Assembly: GCA_965261085.1 (NCBI GenBank)
Contig: OZ253442.1
Span: forward strand, 2,208,001 to 2,272,000
Reading direction: 5' to 3'
Length of the DNA: 64,000 nt
Source: a bacterium
Lineage (GTDB): Bacteria > UBA8248
Position numbers and translations under genes: made by a program. The first letter of the stretch is position 1. Each line of letters starts with the position of its first letter. The notes under the pieces were generated by a model that saw nothing but the letters and a program-made list of their open reading frames with translations, ran no database searches and had not been told where the DNA came from. Positions 37,837 through 48,800 of the stretch are shown here, in pieces.

Positions 37837-38796
37837 CTAGGCGCCAGATTTGGCGATCCCGAATTGTTTCGCGAGTGTTTTCGCCGCCTCCTGGTAGGAT
37901 TTTTGTAATTCAGGATTTGGCGCAATCGGGTTGTGGTACCGGCCCAGGAAGCGGTTCTCCTTGCTCCAGATTTCCCGGACCTGGAGAATGGAATCGACGG
38001 TTCCATCGCTCTTGTCGTCAACGAACGTATAATAGTAGCGGCTGTATTGATTCGAGACGTCCGAGAAGAATTTCTCATCCTTGTGGTAAATCTTCTGAAT
38101 CGGGCCGGTCGGCGCCTGGAGCCGCAAGGTCCGTCCTCCGAATATCGAATCCGACACCAGGAGCGTATATTTTTTGCCTCCGATCGTCCGGTTGACCGTG
38201 TAGATGCTGCCCGAAAGCGTCGGTTTCTTGTCCCCCAGCGCAAACGCGCTCAGTTTTCCGTAGAGGCTGGTGTTGACGGATTTCGAGAAATTGTTCGAGA
38301 TGCCGTAAACGACGAGCAATATCACCGCCGCGGCCAGAAAAACGAGGGTGGGAGACCTTCTCGTCGCTTTCCCTTCTTCCTCTTTGCCCCGGTTGGCGGC
38401 CACGTCTTCCCTGATTTCAGAGAGTTGCTTGTACATTTCCTCGGAGGTGAGTTCCAAAGGTTCGGGCAAAGGCTCCGGTTCGGGCGCCGCCTTCCTTGCC
38501 GCTGCGGCGGGCGCCGCTCCACCTGCGGCTGCAGGGGCCGCCACGCCACCGCCGGCGAAGAAATCCGCATTTATCTGGGTGTATTTGTTCCACTGGGAGG
38601 GGAGGTCGCTTTCTGCGAAAATAGCGTCCACCGGACAGGCCGGAACACAGGCCGCGCAGTCGATGCACTCAATGGGGTCGATATACAGCATCGGGCTCGT
38701 GCCGTCCGCAGCTTCATGAATGCAGTCGACCGGGCATACGTCTACGCATGCGGTATCCTTGGTGCCGATACATGGTTCCGCGATGACGTAGGTCAT
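37837..38796 (-). CDS. 7Fe-type ferredoxin fused to an Ala/Pro linker, a TM helix and an unknown C-terminal domain
   Basis: MTYVIAEPCIGTKDTACVDVCPVDCI...CIDCAACVPACPVDAIF; linker AAPAAAGGAAPAAAA..PEPEPLPEP; TM LVFLAAAVILLVVYGI. Confidence 0.8.
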   Translation of the reverse strand: MTYVIAEPCIGTKDTACVDVCPVDCIHEAADGTSPMLYIDPIECIDCAACVPACPVDAIFAESDLPSQWNKYTQINADFFAGGGVAAPAAAGGAAPAAAARKAAPEPEPLPEPLELTSEEMYKQLSEIREDVAANRGKEEEGKATRRSPTLVFLAAAVILLVVYGISNNFSKSVNTSLYGKLSAFALGDKKPTLSGSIYTVNRTIGGKKYTLLVSDSIFGGRTLRLQAPTGPIQKIYHKDEKFFSDVSNQYSRYYYTFVDDKSDGTVDSILQVREIWSKENRFLGRYHNPIAPNPELQKSYQEAAKTLAKQFGIAKSGA

Positions 38797-39094
38797 CGGA
38801 ATGAGCTCCTCAAACTAAGGTCCGGGCAGTATCATTTCACACCCCACCTGGGTGCTTTTTAACGCGGGGATGTTATCACTTTTTTTCGGGGAAACACAAT
38901 CTGCGCGAGGGATACGGCGAAATTTTGGGTTTTGGGGTGAAATGTGGCTTTTAGATACGAATACCGATGTTTTGGGGATAATGTTTTTCATCGACACAAG
39001 CAGTTTGGGCAAAGAATTATAGACTAGATTACAATTTGCCCATGAACCCCCCATTGTTGTAATTAACTACGGAAATACAAGTGGCTCCACCATT

Positions 39095-39649
39095 TTATTC
39101 CTCAGACTTTTGTTCTTCGCTAACTTTTGCCTCACCTTTTTCTACTTGGTACCCTTTGGCCCTCATGCAGGCGTCAGTCAACGCTTGAATTTCATCGTTT
39201 CTGGTAATCATTTGTAACCACGCCGAACCAGTAACGCCACGGGCATTGCGCCGAGCGTAGATTTCGCAGTTCGCCAGATCTAATACCCGTTTAGCTGGTT
39301 TCTTTACATGAAATTTTGGCTTCGATATTTCGGAGAGATAACGAGACATTTTTCCCCTAATATCCTTCATCTGTCGACCTATATCCCGCAATGTCCTACT
39401 ACAATATTCCATATTGTTTTGCTGAACACATAAAGCCGCGAAAATAAGTGGGATATATTTGTTCTGTTCAGTGATGTCAGTTGCTATCGATGCCAACATA
39501 ATGTTCTGCTCTCTCAAGATTGCATTCTGAGCTATTAAGAGCTTCTCGACGTTGCTTTCCTCTGCCCACAGTGATGAGGTCGAAGTCAGTCCGATAAAGA
39601 CAAAGATGAGTGCTCCAATAAGATACGAAGCTATTCTACTTTGGTTCAT
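39095..39649 (-). CDS. Secreted hypothetical protein (low GC)
   Basis: Signal peptide, helical body, four Cys, C-terminal CMRAKGY. Confidence 0.6.
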   Translation of the reverse strand: MNQSRIASYLIGALIFVFIGLTSTSSLWAEESNVEKLLIAQNAILREQNIMLASIATDITEQNKYIPLIFAALCVQQNNMEYCSRTLRDIGRQMKDIRGKMSRYLSEISKPKFHVKKPAKRVLDLANCEIYARRNARGVTGSAWLQMITRNDEIQALTDACMRAKGYQVEKGEAKVSEEQKSEE

Positions 39650-39823
39650 ATACTTTCCCCCTTTAGGTAGTTTGCTCTGCCTTCCTTAAGCATATCAATC
39701 CTTCTCTATATTCCCGCCAGATATCCTTTCCATCGTACTGAGTTTCGACAGCAAAGTTATGTTTTGAATTTGCTGGCGGATGATGCCAGTGACGCTATTG
39801 ATTTGAAGTAATTTCTTTGGCAG

Positions 39824-40102
39824 TTAATCGTTACTGTGCGTGTCCTTGTGTCTATCTCTTAACAATTCAAGCCTATCGAGAATTCCATCCCGTCCGAATC
39901 CGATAAAGGTGGTTTTGGGGAGAGAAATATCTTCCCAACGGTATTTTTCAAGGTTCTCGTAGAGTTGGATATAGCCATTGAGTGCGCGCCAATCTTCGTT
40001 GGTGATTTCGGCGGTGTCAGCTATGTTGCGCTCAAATTTATGTGCACTTTTTGTTTGTTCGATGATTTGTTCAAGAATCTTTGAATAATCTGGTGCGTTC
40101 AT
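39824..40102 (-). CDS. Hypothetical protein (92 aa, low GC)
   Basis: GGAGG RBS before ATG 40102; no recognisable motif. Confidence 0.5.
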   Translation of the reverse strand: MNAPDYSKILEQIIEQTKSAHKFERNIADTAEITNEDWRALNGYIQLYENLEKYRWEDISLPKTTFIGFGRDGILDRLELLRDRHKDTHSND

Positions 40103-40490
40103 ACTGATGGCCTCCAAATGGATAGGATGGGCGCTTTTGTCAAGTTGTGATTCCTTGTATAGAGAAACGGGAGAGGCCACATTCTCCCTTTAGAAATTTG
40201 ATATTCTTTCCTTGCTGGTTTGGAGAAGGTGGCCCCTCGTTTTTGCCTTTTATCACATTATTGCTGTTTTTCATCTGCGCAAGCGGTCCGATTGTGTTTC
40301 CCCCTCACATCCCCCACCCATCCCCCAAACCTTGCCGTGTTTTCCAAGGCGTGTTAGGTTTTCCCGCACATGGAACGTGGAACACTGCGTAGCTTGCGAG
40401 AAACTGCATCAGGATAACCATATAACTCTTTGATAAATTGCTCGTAAGGGGCATATCTCTTTCTATCAAACATCACTCTTGAGGAATTTC

Positions 40491-41666
40491 ATGGCGTCAA
40501 TCAATATCGAACGCGCGTATCGCTTGAAGCGCTTGCCTCCCTATCTCTTCGCGGAAATCGACAGGATGAAGGCAGAAGTCGCCGATTCGGGAATGGACAT
40601 CATCAGTCTGGGTATAGGCGACCCGGATTTGCCGACTCCTGCCCACATTATCGAAGAACTCGATGTGGCTTCGCGAAAAACCTCGAATCACCAGTATCCC
40701 TCCTATGAGGGCATGCCTTCCTACCGCAAGGCCGTCGCGGACTGGTATGGGTCGCGGTTCGGGGTTTCTCTCGATCCGGCCTCCGAGGTGATCTCCCTCA
40801 TCGGCTCGAAAGAGGGCATCGCCCATATCCCCCTGGCGTTCGTGGACCCCGGCGACTATGTGCTCGTACCGGATCCGGCCTATCCTGTTTACGAGATCGG
40901 GACGTATTTCGCCGACGGGAAGGCGCACTTCATGCCCCTCACCGCGGAAAACGATTTCCTGCCGGACCTGGGTGCGATTCCATCCGACGTGGCGAAAAAA
41001 ACGAAACTCATGTTCATCAACTATCCGAACAACCCCACCGCCGCTTGCGCGGAAGTGGACTTCTACGACGAGCTCGTCGAGTTCGCCCGCTCCTACGACA
41101 TCATCGTGTGCAGCGACAACGCTTATTCCGAAATGGCCTTTGACGGCTATGAGCCCATCAGCTTCCTGAACGCGGAGGGCGCCAAGGACGTGGGCGTCGA
41201 GTTTCACTCGTGCTCAAAGACCTACAACATGACCGGCTGGCGCATCGCCAGCGCGGTGGGGAACGCGGAAGTCCTCGCCGGCCTGGGGGCCGTCAAGACA
41301 AACGTGGACTCGGGCGTATTCGGCGCGGTGCAGGAAGCAGGCATCAAGGCGATGAGCGCGGACCAGGGCTGCGTGGCCGAAATGCGCAAGATATATCAAG
41401 GCAGGCGCGACGTAATAATTGACGGCTTGAAGAAACTCGGGCTGGAGGCGGCAACGCCAAAAGCCACGTTCTATGTTTGGGTGAAATGCCCAGACGGCTT
41501 CACGTCGAGTGAATTCACGGCGCATATTCTCCGAAATTGCGGTGTCGTCACGACGCCGGGTAATGGTTTTGGTCCCTCCGGCGAGGGATATATTCGTTTC
41601 GCCCTGACGGTTCCTGAAGACAGGCTCAAGGAAGCGCTCGAAAGAATCGAGAAGGCTGGGTTTTGA
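40491..41666 (+). CDS. dapL: LL-diaminopimelate aminotransferase
   Basis: [41 protein letters not shown]; dap gene neighbourhood. Confidence 0.85.
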   Translation: MASINIERAYRLKRLPPYLFAEIDRMKAEVADSGMDIISLGIGDPDLPTPAHIIEELDVASRKTSNHQYPSYEGMPSYRKAVADWYGSRFGVSLDPASEVISLIGSKEGIAHIPLAFVDPGDYVLVPDPAYPVYEIGTYFADGKAHFMPLTAENDFLPDLGAIPSDVAKKTKLMFINYPNNPTAACAEVDFYDELVEFARSYDIIVCSDNAYSEMAFDGYEPISFLNAEGAKDVGVEFHSCSKTYNMTGWRIASAVGNAEVLAGLGAVKTNVDSGVFGAVQEAGIKAMSADQGCVAEMRKIYQGRRDVIIDGLKKLGLEAATPKATFYVWVKCPDGFTSSEFTAHILRNCGVVTTPGNGFGPSGEGYIRFALTVPEDRLKEALERIEKAGF

Positions 41667-42172
41667 GCCAAAAGGCGCGCGCCTTTATCGGCGCAGGCGC
41701 CAACCTGGGCGAGCCGGTTCGCCAGATTCGGCAGGCGATAGATGCGTTGCAAAAAATCCCGGGAGTGGGGCTTCTGGGCGCGTCGTCTTTCTATCGCACG
41801 CAGCCCATGGGTCCTATCGCGCAGCCTCCCTTCGTCAATGCCGTTTTTTCGCTCGAATGCGGGATTAGCGCCCAGGAGTTGCTCGCTCTCCTTCTGAGCG
41901 TGGAAGAAAAAATGGGACGCATAAGAAGGGAACGGTGGGGCCCTCGGGTGATCGACCTGGATTTGCTCTTCTTTGATGAGGCGATCATCAGCGAGCAGGG
42001 TCTGGAAGTGCCGCATCCCCGGTTGCATGAGAGGCGCTTTGTGCTGACTCCGTTGGTCGAAATAGCGCCCGATGTCGTTCATCCCGTCCTAAAAAAGTCC
42101 GCTTTCGATTTACTGGCCGCTCTTCCTGCAGAGGGCCCCTGGGTCGAGAAATTGCAACAACAAGAAAAATAA
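41663..42172 (+). CDS. folK: 2-amino-4-hydroxy-6-hydroxymethyldihydropteridine diphosphokinase
   Basis: [28 protein letters not shown]. Confidence 0.96.
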   Translation: MSQKARAFIGAGANLGEPVRQIRQAIDALQKIPGVGLLGASSFYRTQPMGPIAQPPFVNAVFSLECGISAQELLALLLSVEEKMGRIRRERWGPRVIDLDLLFFDEAIISEQGLEVPHPRLHERRFVLTPLVEIAPDVVHPVLKKSAFDLLAALPAEGPWVEKLQQQEK

Positions 42173-42299
42173 GGTCTTCGACATCATGACCAAAGTGAGA
42201 CCTTGTTTTTCTCCTCTTGTCTTTCCCTCTGAATTTTTGAGATGATGTTCCTCCGCCGCCCCCTCTGATGTCAGTGGTTGATTTTCCCAGAGATTTCGC

Positions 42300-43154
42300 A
42301 TGAAAGTTGTCGATACGCCTCAAAAAATGCGTGAACTGGCCGAAATGCTCAGGCGAGATAGTGCGCCGCTCGGTTTGGCGCCGACGATGGGAGCGCTGCA
42401 CGAGGGGCACAGAAGCCTGATAGTTCGGGCAATGGATGAGTGTGGCGCCGTGGTCGTGAGCATTTTTGTGAACCCGGCCCAATTCACTCCCGGTGAGGAT
42501 TATCAGACCTATCCGCGAACCTTCGAGGCGGATCTGCAAGTTTGCCGGGAGATGGGTGTTTATTCCGTCTATGCGCCCAAAGCGGGCTCCATGTACCCCA
42601 ATGGATATGACACCTGGGTGGACGTGCCGGGCTTGGGCGCGCCTCTTTGCGGCGGCCACCGGCCGGGACATTTTCAGGGTGTCGCCACGGTCGTACTCAA
42701 ACTGTTCTCCGCTTGCCTTCCGCACCGGGCGTATTTTGGGGAAAAAGATTACCAGCAACTTGTTTTAATCGAGCGCATGGCCCATGACTTGAATATCGGA
42801 GTCGAGATTGTTCCTTGCCCGATAGTCCGCGAAGACGACGGGGTGGCCTTGAGCAGTAGAAACGCCTATTTATCGGATGAGGAGCGATTGCGCGCGCGTT
42901 CCATCAGCGGCGCCTTGTTCCATGCGCAAAAGATGGTGGCGACCGGGGAGAGACTCTCTTCCACTATTATAGATGCCTGCGTGGATGAGTTGGAGAAAGT
43001 CGATGCAAGGGTCGATTATGTGCAAATCGTAGACCCGGCGACGCTCGAAAAAGCAGAAAAAATCAACGGTGTTGCGAGAATGGCCATTGCGGCCCATATC
43101 GGTAAGACCAGACTGATCGACAACATCTCATTGGAGCCTCACGATGAGGCGTAG
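42300..43154 (+). CDS. panC: Pantoate--beta-alanine ligase
   Basis: PTMGALHEGH, FVNPAQF, RPGHFQGV, FGEKDYQQ, LSSRN, RLIDN. Confidence 0.97.
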   Translation: MKVVDTPQKMRELAEMLRRDSAPLGLAPTMGALHEGHRSLIVRAMDECGAVVVSIFVNPAQFTPGEDYQTYPRTFEADLQVCREMGVYSVYAPKAGSMYPNGYDTWVDVPGLGAPLCGGHRPGHFQGVATVVLKLFSACLPHRAYFGEKDYQQLVLIERMAHDLNIGVEIVPCPIVREDDGVALSSRNAYLSDEERLRARSISGALFHAQKMVATGERLSSTIIDACVDELEKVDARVDYVQIVDPATLEKAEKINGVARMAIAAHIGKTRLIDNISLEPHDEA

Positions 43155-45807
43155 ATTCTATTTTCTTACGTTGTCCGTTCTATTGGGGTTTGTATTCTCG
43201 CCATTCGCCACAGTCGAGGGCCAATTCAAAGAAAGCCCGCAGTCCCATCTCGAATTTGGATTGAATACCTACCAGGATGGATTTCTTGAGCCTGCGATAG
43301 ATGCCTTCAGAGCCTATCTCAAAGGAATCGGGAAAGGTAAAGAGGTTCCGATCGTGCGTTATCTGCTCGCCGATGCGCTGCGTCGTGAGGACCGACTCAA
43401 AGAGGCGATTGCGGCGTATCAAGGGTTCTTGAGCCGATATCCCCGCCACGCAAGGGCCGGTGAAGTTCAGTTTCGCATCGGAGTGCTCGCAGAGAGGATC
43501 GGCAATAGAAAAGAGGCGATACGCGCTTATTCTTCCGTAAAGCCCGGGCGCTACCGAATAGAGGCGCTCTACAGGGTTGCCGCGCTTAGGCTGGCGATGC
43601 GCGAGTGGCGAGGCGCGGTCGTTGCGCTTGATAAATTCATCAAGTCCGCGTCCAAGGACCCACGTGTGGAAGATGCCCTATTCGAGCGCGCCATTGCCCT
43701 GGACCGGATACCGCGAATCAGGGAAGCCGAGGCGGCTTATCAACTGGTCGTGCGCCGGTTTCCCAAAAACCCGCGGGTACATGCCTTCTCGTTGCGACTC
43801 GCAAAAATACAATTGGAACTCAATAAGTTTGCCTCGGCTGAGAAGACCTTTGACTCTTTATTTCAGGGACATCCCGGAGAGAAAAAACGCACTGACTTGA
43901 GACTGGCGCAAGCCGCGAGTTTATTTGCGCAAAAGAAATACTTGAAGGCAGGCGCTGCCTTTGAAGCCGTTTTGGGAATGAGGCTTTCAAACTCACAACG
44001 CATATCGGCGGAGCGAGGCTTGGCGTCCTCCTGGTGGCGCGCCGGTGAATACGAGAAGGCCGCACCGGCCTATCAGCGGTTGATTCGCAATCCGGCCAAG
44101 GATGGCGCCTACCTCTTGTATTTCTTGCAAAGCGTGGAAAAAGCAGGGCTTTGTGTGGAGAGAGGCGAAAAATATCTCGTTTTTGCGCTTGATGTTATCG
44201 GCAAAGGAGCGCCATTTCCTTCTTCTTCTCGCTTTCAGATGGCGGATTGCCTGTTGAATGCGGGTTTAAAAAAAGAGGCGATGAGTCAATATCACGAGCT
44301 TATCCGCCGCGTGCCGAATACGCGTGAGGCGATATGGTCCGGGCTGCGGCTGGCAGCCATATCGGAGAAAAACGCCAAGCCAAACGCGGAAGAACTCATC
44401 GGGCGGTACCAGCGGATACTGAAATCATTCAACGAACTCAGGAAATCAGAGGACAAAATCGAGCCCGATATTATGCAAGCCGTCTATCAAGGCGTTTTGC
44501 GGGCGGCGTTTATCCATAATGCCCGAAAAGATTGTGCTCAATCCGTTGCTTTAGTTAAAATAGTTCCCGAACAATATATACCCAAAACCTCGCGCTCAGA
44601 GGTGGCCTTCCTGAGAGCCGAATGCGCATGGGGTGCCGGCGACCTCGACGAAGCGGGAGTTTATTTCAATCAAGTTCTTCTTGGTCAAAAACGCCCCGAT
44701 CTTGTTATTCGGGCGCGGTATCGTCTGGGTGAGTTGTCGGAGAAGCGCGGGAACAAAAAAGAAGCAATAAAGCGTTTTGAGGGTGTGTTGCCACTTCTTT
44801 CCGAAGAATTAAAGCGCGAGACGCGCCTGAAAATTGGCAACCTATATCGTGAGCAAGGGGATTTTCAAAAGGCGCGAGCATTTCTCTTGCCGCTCGCGAG
44901 CGATGAGAAGGTGAGCGTTTCGAGGAGGCTTTCGATCTGGTATTTCCTGGCGCGTAATTCATTCGGCGCGCGAGATTGGAAAGGCGCGGATGAGGCCTTC
45001 GCCTCCTGGTATGCGCTCAAGCCGTCCAATCTCGGGGAGGGGTTCAGACTGTGGGCGTTTGTGCTATTTGAGAGAAAAGACTGCGCTCGCGCGGTGAAAA
45101 TCTCGGGACAGGCGTTGCAAAATGAGAAATTACAAGAGCAGAAGTTGGCGTTACACAGGCATCGGGCGTCGTGTTTTCTCAAAGAAAAGAATTTGAAGGA
45201 ATTCACGGATGCGCTGCACCACATTCTTATCCTTGACCCTCATGATGCCGAAGTGGCTTTAAGGCTGGGGGAAGTGTATGAGAACAAGGGAGATGTCGAC
45301 CAGGCTGCTCAAGCTTACACTTATTTTTTAAGCAAATTTCCCAAAAATGTTAAAGCGAGTATGGTGGCTTTGCGGCTTGGCGCGATTGAGTTGCAGAGAA
45401 AGAAGCCGGAAGCAGCATCGGCGGCTTTTCGAATAGCTTCAAAATCGAATGATGCGAACATTTCTGGTACTGCGTTACTCCAAATCGCAGTGGGCTTTGA
45501 GAGAGAAGGCGAAAAGATCAAGGCGCTTGAGCTCTTTGAGTCGTTGACGCGCTCTGGTGAGAACCATATGGAATGGGTGCGCTCGGCGATTTGGCGTGCC
45601 GCGGCGATTCGTGAATCACGTCGAGAATGGAATAGGGCTATCCGCCATTATCGAAGCATTGCGGCGCTCGAAAATGGGCATGCTTCGGCACGGATGGGAG
45701 AGGAAATCAAGCAAGCGAGAGTGAGAATTCGCCGGCTTGAGTCTTATTTGGCTTCGCTCAAAGAGCGTGAGTGGAAAATGAAAAATCGAAAGCCGCTGCT
45801 TAGATGA
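43144..45807 (+). CDS. Large secreted tetratricopeptide-repeat protein
   Basis: Signal peptide; many TPR/CpoB-like repeats (A...Y..FL.RYP). Confidence 0.8.
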   Translation: MRRRFYFLTLSVLLGFVFSPFATVEGQFKESPQSHLEFGLNTYQDGFLEPAIDAFRAYLKGIGKGKEVPIVRYLLADALRREDRLKEAIAAYQGFLSRYPRHARAGEVQFRIGVLAERIGNRKEAIRAYSSVKPGRYRIEALYRVAALRLAMREWRGAVVALDKFIKSASKDPRVEDALFERAIALDRIPRIREAEAAYQLVVRRFPKNPRVHAFSLRLAKIQLELNKFASAEKTFDSLFQGHPGEKKRTDLRLAQAASLFAQKKYLKAGAAFEAVLGMRLSNSQRISAERGLASSWWRAGEYEKAAPAYQRLIRNPAKDGAYLLYFLQSVEKAGLCVERGEKYLVFALDVIGKGAPFPSSSRFQMADCLLNAGLKKEAMSQYHELIRRVPNTREAIWSGLRLAAISEKNAKPNAEELIGRYQRILKSFNELRKSEDKIEPDIMQAVYQGVLRAAFIHNARKDCAQSVALVKIVPEQYIPKTSRSEVAFLRAECAWGAGDLDEAGVYFNQVLLGQKRPDLVIRARYRLGELSEKRGNKKEAIKRFEGVLPLLSEELKRETRLKIGNLYREQGDFQKARAFLLPLASDEKVSVSRRLSIWYFLARNSFGARDWKGADEAFASWYALKPSNLGEGFRLWAFVLFERKDCARAVKISGQALQNEKLQEQKLALHRHRASCFLKEKNLKEFTDALHHILILDPHDAEVALRLGEVYENKGDVDQAAQAYTYFLSKFPKNVKASMVALRLGAIELQRKKPEAASAAFRIASKSNDANISGTALLQIAVGFEREGEKIKALELFESLTRSGENHMEWVRSAIWRAAAIRESRREWNRAIRHYRSIAALENGHASARMGEEIKQARVRIRRLESYLASLKEREWKMKNRKPLLR

Positions 45808-45814
45808 GGGATGT

Positions 45815-48800
45815 ATGATGCGATTCGCGGCGTTTAATTTCCGGTGCAGGCTTCTCCTTGGCCTGGTGGCCATCTGCTGTGGCTATTGGGGAGCAGAAAG
45901 TATTGCGTGGGCCAAGAATGAAAGCGCCACCCAAGGGAAGCAACTCACCATTTCCTTGCCTGAAGTCGTCGTGGAATCGCCCAATATCGAGCGCCTCATC
46001 GCTGCACGCGTGCGTCCCATTCCTCCCAAGAGATTGGGCGTTCGTCTTCCCGTCGTTTTTGTAGAGCTTGAAACTCGATCGATTCGCCTACCTGCTCGCC
46101 CGATGCCATCCGAAAAAAAGCCGGACCTGGATATGGCGCAAATCCTGAGTGGTTTGTCGGATGACTTTATCGATGAGAGTGAACAATTCAACACGGCGCT
46201 TGCCTATTTGCAAAAAGGCTCGCCCGTAGAGGCGCTCGCCCTTTTCGATGGATTAGCGAAAAAAACGAAGATTCATTTCTGGCGCGCAGCTTCTCTTTTC
46301 TGGGCGGGAGAGGCGCTTCTTGGTTTGAGAAAACCTCAGGAAGCCAGAGAGAGAAGAGAGAGGTTGTTGAACTTGCTGTTGACCGATGGTTTTCGTTACG
46401 TGTCGGCCGCAAGATATGCCCTGGCGCAAGAGCGTTGCGAGGCGCGTGATTATGAAGGGTGCCTCAGCCTGTTGGAAGGGCAGTCGTGGGAAAATGGCGA
46501 ACTCGCCTATGAGGAGGCGTTTTTCCTGAAAAGCTGGGCGCAGGCGAAAATGGGTTCCGTCGATGAAGCGATCGACACATGGACGATGCTTGCGAATGCG
46601 AAGGGACGGCTCGCGTTTCAGGCACTCGTGGCGCTCGGACATCTCTATCTTCAAAGAAAAAATTATACTCAGGCGGAAAAACGCTATGCAGCGGCCGAGG
46701 CGCTCGGTTCAGGGAGAGGTAAGCTCGATAATGTACTGCTGGGAGAAGCGCTTTACGGTCTCGGGTGGGCGCGATTGTTCTTGGGCCGAATCCAGGGAGC
46801 AAAGCGCGCGTTTTCTCTTTTCATGCGTCGTCACCCAAAGCATCTCCTCAGAGTTTTCGTTCAGGCGGGTTTGATTTCAACTGAAATCGAGTCAATCCAA
46901 AAACCTCACGAAAGACTAAATAAGTTAAGAGACCGTCTCCTAGGATTCTCCCGGGTTAATCGCCGAAAAATGCTCTCTGGCGCTTTGCGTCTGCAATTGG
47001 CTTGGAAGTTGTTCCGAATTGGGGTGTATGAAGAAGCATCAATTCTGGCGGGAAAGGTAAGCGATGAGTTCCCTCTCGGCAGAATCTATCGCATAGCGAG
47101 AATTGTAGAGGGTCTTTCTCAATACCATCTTGGCAAAGTCAAGCGCGCGTATGGGATCCTGCGTTTGGGAGCAGATTACCCGCCGGTCTCCGTGCACCGG
47201 CTGGCGGAGCAGGACGCCGCTCGTTCTGCGGCGATGGCGACGGCTTTTGCCGCCTTTCGACTCAGAGATTTTAAGGGCGCTTTGAATGTACTGAAACATT
47301 GGGCTTTCTTGCCGGAAAGAGGATCCGCAATTTCCCCGGATGGTCTGGCCATGTTGTGGTATGGAGAGGCGGCCTTTGAATTAGGTAATCTCGATGAGGC
47401 TGCTCGTGCCTTTCGGGCGGTTGCTAGGCAGACGCCTGAGTATTACCGCGCCTTGGGAGGGCTTGCGTGGGTTCAATATCGGAAGAAGAACTGGAGAAAA
47501 GCAGCCCTCGCCTTCGATCGTGTTTTTGAGCATAAACCGGGCGGTGTCTTGGCGGCGGAAGCTCTCGCCCGCGCGGGAGAGGCTCGCTTCAACCTCAGAA
47601 ACTACGACGGTGCTTTACAATCTTTCGAAAGAATAGAGAAGAAATACAGAGGAAGCGATGTCGCCAAAGAAGCGTTGTACCAGAAGGCGAAATTGTTGTT
47701 CAGGCGTAGTCGTTTCGATGCGGCGGAGAAGAATTTTCATGCTTTTTTGAAGCGTTACCCCAAAAGCAAAACGGTAGCCGAAGTAAAATATAATCTGGCT
47801 TTGATTCCTTTCCGAAAAGGTCAATACTCTTTAGCGCGCAAGAAACTTCTTGGTTTTCTCGAATCACATAGAGATTCCTCCTTAGGGGGCGATGGATATT
47901 TGCGCCTGGCCGACTCATCGTACAACGAAGGGCGCTATAGAGAGGCGAATCGCTTATATCGTTTGATGATGAATAGGTATCCTTCTCACCCGAAATTCTC
48001 AGAAGCCGTCTATGGTCGTTTGCTCAGCCATCTTCAACTCGGTGAGTATGCCAACTTCTTGTCAGGCGCGCGTGAATATATAGACCGATATACGGAGAGC
48101 AACCTGAGTATTTCCCTGGCTTTTCAAATCGGAGAAGTTTTACTCACGCAGAGGAACCGGGTAGAAGCCCTGAAAGCATATAAGGATGTCATAGCACAAT
48201 ATCCGAAGAATGAACTGGCCGCTCATGCCCTGTTGCGAGTGGCGGGCATACATCGCAGCAAAAAAGACATCGATAAGGCTCTTGATTCGTATGAGATTTT
48301 GTTGTCCCAGTATCCGGCGGTCAGTTTCCACGCTGATGGGCTTTTTGGCGTTGGGGAGACCTTGGCCGGCATTGGCCGATGTACAGAGGCGAAGCAGAAA
48401 CTTACGGATTTCTTGGAGGTATATCCAAGCCATGACTATGAAATGCTGGCCCGGTTCGCCTTGGGCCGCTGCATGGTTCGATTGCGAGAATACGATGGGG
48501 CGCTCACTCACCTCAAGACGATCATGAGCAATGAATTCGCCGCAGGCGTGGATTTGCGTAGTCAATCCGCGCTCCTGGTGGCCGAGCTTTATAGGAAGCG
48601 AAAAAAATATGCCGATGCAGAACGCGCGCTGAGCATCGCGGTCGAGTTCGGGGCGCTTGAACTGGCCGCGGAAGCTTTCTTCGCGCACGCGCGGATATCC
48701 TCTGAGCGTAAAGGTCAAAAAGCAGCGGCTGAATACTTGAAGTTGACCTATCGATACCCGGATCAGAAAATATGGGTAGCGCGGGCATTTGGGCGAGCCG

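Noticed and set aside
40200-40300. c-di-GMP-I riboswitch (GGCAAA on the minus strand)
   Set aside because: The GAAA tetraloop/receptor and GACGCAAAG elements are absent.
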